Translations under genes and position numbers: made by a program | From: Candidatus Cloacimonadales bacterium | Lineage (GTDB): Bacteria > Cloacimonadota > Cloacimonadia > Cloacimonadales > JAIOQZ01 | Reading direction: 5' to 3' | DNA: 64,000 bases | Assembly (NCBI GenBank): GCA_963674825.1 | Contig: OY771587.1 | Span: forward strand, 1,536,001-1,600,000 | The notes under the pieces: model-generated | Told to the model about the DNA's origin: nothing | The model's database searches: none | The model's input: the letters and a program-made list of their open reading frames with translations, nothing else | In this document: positions 19,643 to 27,583 of the stretch, in pieces | How positions within the stretch are numbered: position 1 is the stretch's first letter | Layout of the letters: every line of letters begins with the position of its first letter

Positions 19643-20812
19643 GATGAAGCACTTGAGGTATTCCGTCTCCGGACAGGAAGGGTTGACGGGATGATCCATT
19701 GATGCACCACGTTGTTCGATGATGCGTGGTGTTCTTCCGGCACGCAATCCGGCGTGCTGCACAATCTCGCGGAACATCTCACGCGTGATACGCCCCGAGC
19801 AGCTGCACGTCACCAGAAAACCATTGGGTCTCAGAATGCGCATCGCCATTTCATTCAACGACTGATACCCGCGAATCGCCTGCGTTTCCGAACCCTTCGA
19901 GCGGGTGAACTTTGGCGGGTCCAGCACGATGAGATCGTAGGTCTGGCCGGCGTTCTTCAGCTCGGGCAAGATTGAAAATGCATCTGCTTTACGCCACGAC
20001 ATCCCGGACAGATGATTGCGCGTAGCATTGCGTTCTGCTATCTCCAGTGCACTCGCTGAGACATCGATTCCCAAGACACTCTTTGCGCCGCCACGCGCCA
20101 TGTTCAGCGCGAAACCGCCGGTGTACGTACACATATCCAGGCAGTCACGTCCCGAAGCGAAATCCCGGACGCGCAGCCGGTTTTCTCGCTGATCGTGATA
20201 GAAACCCGTCTTCTGGCCCGTCGCGAGGTTGACCTCGTATTCGATACCGTTTTCGCTAATCATTACGGTATCATCCGGCGAGCCGCGTAAAACGCCGTCG
20301 GCAATCTCCAGGCCCTCTTCCTGGCGAATCCCCTGCTCAGTTCGCAGCGTAATTCCCTTGGGATGCAACGCCTCTTCAATGATATTGAGGATCGTATCCA
20401 TGCGCCTTGCCAGCGCCAGCGAGGTGAACTGCACCACAAGGTTGTCGCCGTAGCGATCCACGGTAAGCCCGGAAAGACCGTCGCCTTCGCTGAATATCAG
20501 GCGTCCCGATGCTTCACCGGGCAAGCTCTGCCGATAGTTCAGCGCTTGCTGAATCTTTTTTTTCCAGAAGCCGTCGTCGAGTCTTTCCGTTTCTTGCAGG
20601 GAGTACATCCGCACGCGAATCTGGCTGCGGGAATTAAACAGACCCCATCCGGCGAAATCACCTCTGGAGTTTTCTACCCGGACGACATCGCCGTCTGCGG
20701 GATTGCCTTTAATCGTTGCGATCGCACCTGAAAACACCCACGGATGCCCGCCATAAACGGGCCCTTCGCGCTTCGGCTTCAGGCGGATAATTGGTGTGTT
20801 GTTGCTACTCAT
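19628..20812 (-). CDS. rlmI: 23S rRNA m5C1962 methyltransferase-like (PUA + SAM MTase)
   Basis: GHPWVFSG, SEGDGLSGLTVDRY, GQKTGFYHDQRENR, LDPPKF and ETEYLK motifs. Confidence 0.9.
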   Translation of the reverse strand: MSSNNTPIIRLKPKREGPVYGGHPWVFSGAIATIKGNPADGDVVRVENSRGDFAGWGLFNSRSQIRVRMYSLQETERLDDGFWKKKIQQALNYRQSLPGEASGRLIFSEGDGLSGLTVDRYGDNLVVQFTSLALARRMDTILNIIEEALHPKGITLRTEQGIRQEEGLEIADGVLRGSPDDTVMISENGIEYEVNLATGQKTGFYHDQRENRLRVRDFASGRDCLDMCTYTGGFALNMARGGAKSVLGIDVSASALEIAERNATRNHLSGMSWRKADAFSILPELKNAGQTYDLIVLDPPKFTRSKGSETQAIRGYQSLNEMAMRILRPNGFLVTCSCSGRITREMFREIVQHAGLRAGRTPRIIEQRGASMDHPVNPSCPETEYLKCFILSVE

Positions 20813-20988
20813 AAGCTTTCTATAAAGGAAGCCGGTTTGGCTGTCAATGGAAATCGGATGTAGACGAATCGACCGAGGAAAGAAACATACGGTTTGAATC
20901 ATTCATCATTAATACTATACTTGACATGAAACTTGTCTCTTCGTAATTCTCGAACAAATCTACCATCTCAAATTATATCGAGGAGTAT

Positions 20989-22155
20989 ATGAAAAAGACT
21001 TTTACAGCCCTGTTTTTTGCCCTCACAATGTCATGTCTCGTAGCTGTTGATGGCATGATTCTTTTAACAACCGATTTGTATTTTCCCAATAAATTCGACT
21101 ATACCCTGTCGGAAAGTATCCCAAAATCCGATATGATCAGCACGATCCCCCGGGGTCAGTATTATCTGATTTCACCCATGATCGTTGATCCAGCCCTGAA
21201 CGGAGATGGCAATGCGGATGTCGTGCTCGATTTTCACGTTACCAAGCCAGATGGAAGCGTGTATTTCCAGAACAGCGGTACACCTGGCATATCAGGAAAA
21301 GTCGCCTATCCTCAAAACGTGATGCTTACAGCCAGTGTGATCAAGATATGCTTCGATCCCGGTGATCCTGTCGGCACCTACACGATCGCAATTACCGTGA
21401 ACGATCGGGTCAATTCCACCAGCAAAGAGATGACCCGTACAATTACGCTTGTCGAACCCACATGGGAGGAAAAGACGTACGATGAGGAATTATTTCTCTC
21501 ATTTCTCGAGGATTACCAGAAAAACATCAATCCTCAGGATGCCGTATGGGCTCTGATGTATTGCGTGAACTCCGATCTGGTAAAGAATCCGAAATTCAAT
21601 CAGGCCATGCTCTCGTTCTTCGTGGATGTTTTCCGGGACAATCCCTTCGTATTGCCGAAACTGAAGGAACTCTATTCAACTCTGGACGAAGATAAAAAAC
21701 CATATCTTATGATGGTGATCCAATGGGCGGATCAGAGCAGCTATGAATTCTACGAAAGCCTTCCCGAAAAAGAACGAAGAGCCTTCCTGGAAACAATGAT
21801 GGAAATCGGTGATATCTCTGCGCCTGACGGCCCATTAACCCATCCGGTTTATATGGATATGATGTGGCAGGAATTCTATGCACGAGGCAACTACAAACCA
21901 ATCTTGAGACTGGTGGATACGATTTCCTACGTGAGCTACGTCGGAACGATCGATCGCGTAAATGCTGGCGAAGAAAGCGAAGAACTCATGGAAAACATGA
22001 TTCGGGAAGCAATGTATGGTGCAGCCATGTTTTCGATCGGAAGTCATTACCGCACGCATCCATTGGCCAAGGCTTATCTGGATTATATCTACCAGGTCGA
22101 AGAGCTTTCTGACAGCGTTCGGAAAGAACTTGGGAAGATCGTGAACCAAAATTGA
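20989..22155 (+). CDS. Secreted hypothetical protein (beta-rich N-terminal, helical C-terminal)
   Basis: GAGGAG RBS; signal peptide; 388-aa ORF; no recognisable motif. Confidence 0.7.
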   Translation: MKKTFTALFFALTMSCLVAVDGMILLTTDLYFPNKFDYTLSESIPKSDMISTIPRGQYYLISPMIVDPALNGDGNADVVLDFHVTKPDGSVYFQNSGTPGISGKVAYPQNVMLTASVIKICFDPGDPVGTYTIAITVNDRVNSTSKEMTRTITLVEPTWEEKTYDEELFLSFLEDYQKNINPQDAVWALMYCVNSDLVKNPKFNQAMLSFFVDVFRDNPFVLPKLKELYSTLDEDKKPYLMMVIQWADQSSYEFYESLPEKERRAFLETMMEIGDISAPDGPLTHPVYMDMMWQEFYARGNYKPILRLVDTISYVSYVGTIDRVNAGEESEELMENMIREAMYGAAMFSIGSHYRTHPLAKAYLDYIYQVEELSDSVRKELGKIVNQN

Positions 22156-22279
22156 GGAGTCCCGTTGCCTTTATAGGCTTGATCTCAATTGCGAGTTTAC
22201 GACAATGATGCTTCATATTTAACTGAAAGCACATACGTTAGAAAATCCTTGACATTATCGGGGAATCCTTAGGCTTCGT

Positions 22280-22397
22280 ATTCGCACCGGCAGAAAGGCT
22301 GGAAACGCTTTTTACGACGGGGAGTCAGGTAACTGTCTCCCTGTTTGTGTCTCCGATCTTCCCGCCGCAACGAAAGATACGTATCGGAGGTTATCCC
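22280..22397 (+). promoter_or_regulatory. Structured 5' leader of glnA (candidate attenuator/riboswitch)
   Basis: TTGACA at 22249; three potential helices, one of which sequesters the SD (see findings). Confidence 0.45.
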
Positions 22398-23828
22398 ATG
22401 ACTGCAGTAATGGAACGCGTGAACGACCTGATCCTCGAAAACAATATCCAGGCTATCGATCTGAAGTATTCAGACCTGATGGGTAACTGGTATCACATTA
22501 CATTCCCGGCTTATCACCTTAAGAGCGTGCTGGAAAACGGCATCTCTTTCGATGGTTCCTCGATTCCCGGCATGCGCTCGGTCGAATCTGGCGATATGGT
22601 TCTGATTCCCGACCTAAGCACCGCGATCATCGATCCGTTCACCAAGTATCCGACACTCCGGATGTTGTGCTACATCTGCGACGCCGATACACGCATCGGA
22701 TTCATCAAAGATCCGCGCAGCCTCGCAAAACGCGCACAGAAATACATGGAAGAATCAGGAATCGCAGACCAGTCGCTCTGGATCCCCGAATTTGAATTCT
22801 ACCTCTTCAACGAAGCCGAGATCCACAACGGTAAGTACACCGCCGGATTCTCCTTCACTTCCGAAGAGAACAAGGAAGACCTGCCCTTCGGTTACCGCGA
22901 TAAAAACGGAACCGCCGTCGCCAACCGCAAAGGCTATCACATCGACGTTCCGTTCGATAAATTCGCCGACGTACGCCAGGAAATGGTAAACCACATCGAG
23001 AAGATCGGTTGCAGCGTGCGCTATCACCATCATGAGGTTGGACTCTCCGCACAGCAGGAGATCGAAACCTCTCTGCTACCGTTCGAGCAGATTACCGACC
23101 AGATGATGTACATTAAGGATATCATCCACAACACGGCGCTCTCGCACGACCTTACCGCGACCTTCATGCCCAAACCGCTCTACGACGAACCCGGTAACGG
23201 CATGCACTTCCACATCCAGCTCCGCAAGAACGGCAAGAACATCTTCTACAAGAAGGGTAATTACGCAGATCTCTCAGACGAAGCGCTCTGGTTCATCGGC
23301 GGTATCCTGCACCACGGAAGATCGCTCACAGCTCTGACCAACCCCAGCACAAACTCCTTCAAGCGTCTGCTGCCGGGATTCGAAGCGCCGGTGAAACTCT
23401 TCTTCGGACTGGCCAACCGCAGCGCGGCAATCCGCATTCCCAAGTACGCCACCAGCGAAGAAGAGAAGAGGATCGAATTCCGCACCGGTGACGGAACCTG
23501 TAACTACTACTTCGCCATGAGCGCACTCCTGATGGCCGGTATCGACGGCATCAAGAACAAGATCATGCCCACGAAGGAAAACGGCTACGGCCCGTACGAC
23601 GACAACGTATTCTCATGGCCGGAAGAAGATAAGGACAAACTGATCTCCATCCCGACATCCCTCGAAGAAGCGCTCGAAGCGCTCAAAGAAGACCACGACT
23701 ATCTGCTTCAGGGTGGCGTGTTCAACGAAGAGCTGATCCAGAGCTGGATTACCGAGAAGATGAAAGAGGTGGTCGCTGTCCGCAATCGTCCGCATCCATT
23801 CGAGATGAACTTATACTATAGCCTGTAG
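22398..23828 (+). CDS. glnA: Glutamine synthetase type I
   Basis: FDGSSIPG, PEFEFY, HHHEV, TFMPKP, GNGMHFH, NRSAAIRIP, RIEFR and RPHPFE motifs; GGAGG RBS. Confidence 0.97.
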   Translation: MTAVMERVNDLILENNIQAIDLKYSDLMGNWYHITFPAYHLKSVLENGISFDGSSIPGMRSVESGDMVLIPDLSTAIIDPFTKYPTLRMLCYICDADTRIGFIKDPRSLAKRAQKYMEESGIADQSLWIPEFEFYLFNEAEIHNGKYTAGFSFTSEENKEDLPFGYRDKNGTAVANRKGYHIDVPFDKFADVRQEMVNHIEKIGCSVRYHHHEVGLSAQQEIETSLLPFEQITDQMMYIKDIIHNTALSHDLTATFMPKPLYDEPGNGMHFHIQLRKNGKNIFYKKGNYADLSDEALWFIGGILHHGRSLTALTNPSTNSFKRLLPGFEAPVKLFFGLANRSAAIRIPKYATSEEEKRIEFRTGDGTCNYYFAMSALLMAGIDGIKNKIMPTKENGYGPYDDNVFSWPEEDKDKLISIPTSLEEALEALKEDHDYLLQGGVFNEELIQSWITEKMKEVVAVRNRPHPFEMNLYYSL

Positions 23829-23850
23829 TAACAGCCAATAGATATTCCAT

Positions 23851-23880
23851 GAGGTACCCGTTATCGGGTACCTTTTTTTG
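23851..23880 (+). terminator. Intrinsic terminator after glnA
   Basis: AGGTACCCG-TTAT-CGGGTACCT followed by a T-run. Confidence 0.9.
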
Positions 23881-24061
23881 TTCACATGCTATAACCAAAT
23901 GACTACCACTCATTCATCGTGAGCTAATCAAATACACCGCAACAAAGAACCGCTTCAGATTAAAACGAAAGAAGCTTGACAAATCAGTTACGATTGCACT
24001 TCATTATCTTACGTTGATCAGGTACAATGAAAACCGCAAACAATACCCATCCGGAGGTACC

Positions 24062-25933
24062 ATGAGAAGAGTTGTTCTTGTGCTGTTTATCCTTCTTGCA
24101 TGCAATCTGGTGGCCGACACCATCATGTTTTTCGATTTCGACAACGAATTCGATTTTTTCTTCGACGATTGGACACAGCATCGCGTGCAGGGAATGACTT
24201 CCTGGTGTCTTGCTCAAGGCGGTTATAACGACCACCCACCCTACGCGCACTCGGGTAACCGCAACGCGTTTTTCTTCCGGGACGTCGGCGAGACGGGTAC
24301 ACAAATCACCCAGTTGATCACACCGGCAATGGATGTTCGTAACTACACCTATGTTACACTCTCCATGTGGTTTGGCGGTGAAGCCTGGTTCAACGACATG
24401 GATTGGATGTACGTCTATTACCGCGAATCCGAAGAGGACGACTGGCACTATTTCTGGTACCCCGATTCGGATTCCAACTGGATTTATCGCGAGCATGTCA
24501 TCGGGACATTTCCCGAGGCAGATTCGTTTCAGATTATGTTCGAAGGTTATGCCGACGGTGGATTCGGACTCTGCGTCGATGATGTGCATGTCTTCGGGAC
24601 GCCAATCGGGCCAGGCATGGCCATCGATCCCCTTCCGCTTCGCAGCGCAACAGGCGTCTCACAGGACACCGGCATCTCCTGGACCAACACCGGCCTCACC
24701 ACCGAGGTAGAAGTCCGCTTCGACACCGTAAATCCTCCCCAGAATGTCATCTACTCCGGCACAACAATCGACACACTAACCAGCGCGCAGATCGGCGGTC
24801 CATTCGACTTGGGCACCATAATCTACTGGCAGGTTAATTCCATCAACGACACGCTTCAGACCAACGGAATGGTCTGGTCGTTTACCGTGGTGGAACCACC
24901 ACCGGGCTACCTCGAGACGAGCCCGGATACGATTGCATGCACACTTGCGCAGGGATTGCAGGACGAATGCTCGCTGAACCTATCCAATACCGGTGGACAG
25001 AGTTTGGATTACGAGCTTGTCGTGATGGGAACATCCAGTCGTGCGCTTCTGACCGAAGATTTCGAGAGCGGCGTTTTTCCGCCGGATGGATGGCAGACTT
25101 ACCGTCTGGGCGCGACGGACGATCGTGGGTGGATCGAATCCACCTATCAATATCATTCCTCTTCCCACTCCTGTGTACATCCGGATGACGACTACAATAG
25201 TATGGCGCACGACTGGATCGTGACACCAGCTGTTCAAATCGGCTCAGACAGCCAGCTTCAGTTCTACGAGAGAAACCAGTACGTATATGGAAATTACTAC
25301 ACCTACCACGGCGTATGGATTTCGACCGGCAGCGGTGATCCCGCCGACGGTGATTTCGTCGAGCTGATGGAATTCGGAAACGGAGCGGAAGATTGGGTTC
25401 TGCGGACAATCGATCTCTCGGAATATATGGGTGAGACGGCCTACTTCGGGTTCTACTACCAGGGTGATTACGATTCGCTCTGGCGGATCGACGACGTGAC
25501 GGTAACCGGCGAACCGTTGCCGGATTGGCTGACCGTTGAAGGCTCGCAGAGTCTTTCAGGAACGATTCCGCCGGGTATTACGGAATCCCTCGCTGTGGAA
25601 TTAGATGCCACCGGTATGGATATCGGTACCTATGGCGCGTCGCTGTTGATTACTCCCGCGAATGATCAGGGAACAATCCTGAAGCCGGTCATCATGACCG
25701 TAATCGAACTCCAGCTCATACCGCCGGATGATGTCCTGATCGTTACGGGAACAAACTCAGTGACGCTTTCATGGAATCCCGTGAACGGAGCGACCTCCTA
25801 CCGGGTATATTCCTCTACCGACCCGGAAAGCGGTTGGGATGTTGACGAGACCGGTGTTTTAAACGGTACGACATGGAATGCCCCCGTAACCGCCGGGAAG
25901 ATGTTTTATCGCGTAACGTGTTTGATTGAGTAG
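24062..25933 (+). CDS. Secreted non-catalytic modular protein (MAM/cleaved-adhesin-like domains, Ig-like domains, C-terminal FN3-like module)
   Basis: GGAGG RBS; signal peptide; EDFESGVFPPDGW...DWIVTP...IDLSEY...WRIDDV. Confidence 0.8.
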   Translation: MRRVVLVLFILLACNLVADTIMFFDFDNEFDFFFDDWTQHRVQGMTSWCLAQGGYNDHPPYAHSGNRNAFFFRDVGETGTQITQLITPAMDVRNYTYVTLSMWFGGEAWFNDMDWMYVYYRESEEDDWHYFWYPDSDSNWIYREHVIGTFPEADSFQIMFEGYADGGFGLCVDDVHVFGTPIGPGMAIDPLPLRSATGVSQDTGISWTNTGLTTEVEVRFDTVNPPQNVIYSGTTIDTLTSAQIGGPFDLGTIIYWQVNSINDTLQTNGMVWSFTVVEPPPGYLETSPDTIACTLAQGLQDECSLNLSNTGGQSLDYELVVMGTSSRALLTEDFESGVFPPDGWQTYRLGATDDRGWIESTYQYHSSSHSCVHPDDDYNSMAHDWIVTPAVQIGSDSQLQFYERNQYVYGNYYTYHGVWISTGSGDPADGDFVELMEFGNGAEDWVLRTIDLSEYMGETAYFGFYYQGDYDSLWRIDDVTVTGEPLPDWLTVEGSQSLSGTIPPGITESLAVELDATGMDIGTYGASLLITPANDQGTILKPVIMTVIELQLIPPDDVLIVTGTNSVTLSWNPVNGATSYRVYSSTDPESGWDVDETGVLNGTTWNAPVTAGKMFYRVTCLIE

Positions 25934-25965
25934 AGAGAAGGCGGACGAGGACGTCCGCGTTCCCA

Positions 25966-27357
25966 TTATTCGCGTTCAAGTGCGAAATTACCGTAGAAAT
26001 CTTCCGCGCCGTTGAGCCGTACCTTCATTTTGTCGCCATTGATCGTGCAGACCGCTTCCACAATCGCGCCGTTCGGCGTGAAGAAGGTCAGTCGCAGCAC
26101 GTTTCCCATCAAGCTCAGGTGGTCGATCGCGAGGTGATCGCCATTGTTGTTGATAATAACATAACCCGTGACCGCTGCCTGCTTAGTATCCAGCGCTATC
26201 ACAAGCTCCTTATTTTTCTCTTTTCCCCAGATACCCTCAAGCAGCCGATCCGCGATGACCCCATCTGCATCGATGCGATTCACGAAATTATCGACACACG
26301 CTTCGCCGGTGAGCTCTTTCGAGAAGAAGCTATCCGGCAGCTTTGGTACCAGCTTCTCCATCATGAACGATTTATCGGCCTGCTTCGTGTATGCCTCGAA
26401 ACGGCTTATCATGTCCCCGCCGTCCGGTTGATCGATATCGAGCATCAGCGTGGGCGATTGATTGGTAAAATCGATATCGCTGAGTTTCAGTGTCTTGACC
26501 GCGGGATTCAACCGAGTGCGGAAATGCATCGTGCGGCTATCCTCATCGTAGAGAACGGACCACTCGGGGTCGTCGTGCACCCTGAGTGTCTGCATCATCA
26601 TGATCCCGTAATCCACGACATTGTCTGTGGGCTTCATTTCGCGCATTAGACGCTGATAACGCACAAACCTTGGTACACGCGGATCATCCACTTCTGTGGG
26701 GTAATTTCCACCGAATCCCTTGTAGTAGCGCTCCAGCTCCATTTCCCAGTCGTAGGGTGAATTGAACACAGCCGGCACCGGCATGTCAGCGCCGGTACGA
26801 ACCAGTGGTTTTCCGTCCGCAAACGCGATATACGCAGTATTACCCAGTGCATCGCCGACAAAGTAATGCCAACCCCACCCATCGATGGTGACCTCGTTCG
26901 CACGCTGGATGGCGTCTTCAACGTTGAGACAGGTATCCAGAATATACTGCATCCAGTTCATCTGGTTCATCGCCGGTTTTTCGGGATCATTGGGGTACTC
27001 GACATCTTCGCCCATCTCCCAGATGTACAGGCCTTCCTCGTTGACGCCACCGTCGGGAAAATCCCGTCCGAAGATGTTGACGGTTACAGATCCATATCGG
27101 GAAATCCAGGCGTAATCTGTCGCCAAGGTGGGATTCGTGGTGGTAAGTTCGTCCCAGGTGCGGCTTTCCTTGAGTATTCCACGCTTGTTAATGAAGACCA
27201 TCCCGGGAACACCAAGGTCACCCTGATTCATGTTGTGTGCATAGGCGATATGATCTCCCTGGCGCACCTCGAATGTAGAACATCCTTGCATAGTCTGAGG
27301 TATGAAAATCAACATAATCGTAAACAGAAGCGCGATCACTATTCGAATCGTTAGCAT
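25966..27357 (-). CDS. Exported Ntn hydrolase (penicillin V acylase/choloylglycine hydrolase family, C59)
   Basis: Signal peptide then CSTF nucleophile; WISRYGSVT, DGGVNEEGL, WMQYILD and HYFVGD motifs. Confidence 0.85.
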   Translation of the reverse strand: MLTIRIVIALLFTIMLIFIPQTMQGCSTFEVRQGDHIAYAHNMNQGDLGVPGMVFINKRGILKESRTWDELTTTNPTLATDYAWISRYGSVTVNIFGRDFPDGGVNEEGLYIWEMGEDVEYPNDPEKPAMNQMNWMQYILDTCLNVEDAIQRANEVTIDGWGWHYFVGDALGNTAYIAFADGKPLVRTGADMPVPAVFNSPYDWEMELERYYKGFGGNYPTEVDDPRVPRFVRYQRLMREMKPTDNVVDYGIMMMQTLRVHDDPEWSVLYDEDSRTMHFRTRLNPAVKTLKLSDIDFTNQSPTLMLDIDQPDGGDMISRFEAYTKQADKSFMMEKLVPKLPDSFFSKELTGEACVDNFVNRIDADGVIADRLLEGIWGKEKNKELVIALDTKQAAVTGYVIINNNGDHLAIDHLSLMGNVLRLTFFTPNGAIVEAVCTINGDKMKVRLNGAEDFYGNFALERE

Positions 27358-27393
27358 TGAAATCTCCTTCGATATAATCTTTGCTTCTATAAT

Positions 27394-27409
27394 TGCAATT
27401 CGGATGCCA
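27394..27409 (-). promoter_or_regulatory. Sigma54 (-24/-12) promoter
   Basis: Minus strand TGGCATCCGAATTGCA = TGGCA-N6-TTGCA (GG-N10-GC), about 37 nt upstream of the ATG. Confidence 0.65.
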
Positions 27410-27531
27410 TAGTTATTTGTGTATATATTTCAATATGTTACGATATTTCATAACGAGAATTCTTACACCAATTGGATATGCTATATACGGGATTGATATA
27501 AACAGAGTCTGAGGATTGTCGATTCACGCGC

Positions 27532-27568
27532 AAAAAGAAACCGCCCCACAAATGCAGGGCGGTTCGTT
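27532..27568 (-). terminator. Intrinsic terminator after the S8 protease gene
   Basis: Minus strand AACCGCCC-loop-GGGCGGTT followed by TCTTTTT. Confidence 0.8.
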
Positions 27569-27583
27569 TATAAGCTATTCGCG

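Noticed and set aside
22287..22330. ANTAR dual-hexaloop motif in the glnA leader
   Set aside because: The first loop AGAAAG lacks G at position 4, and I found no second hexaloop hairpin.
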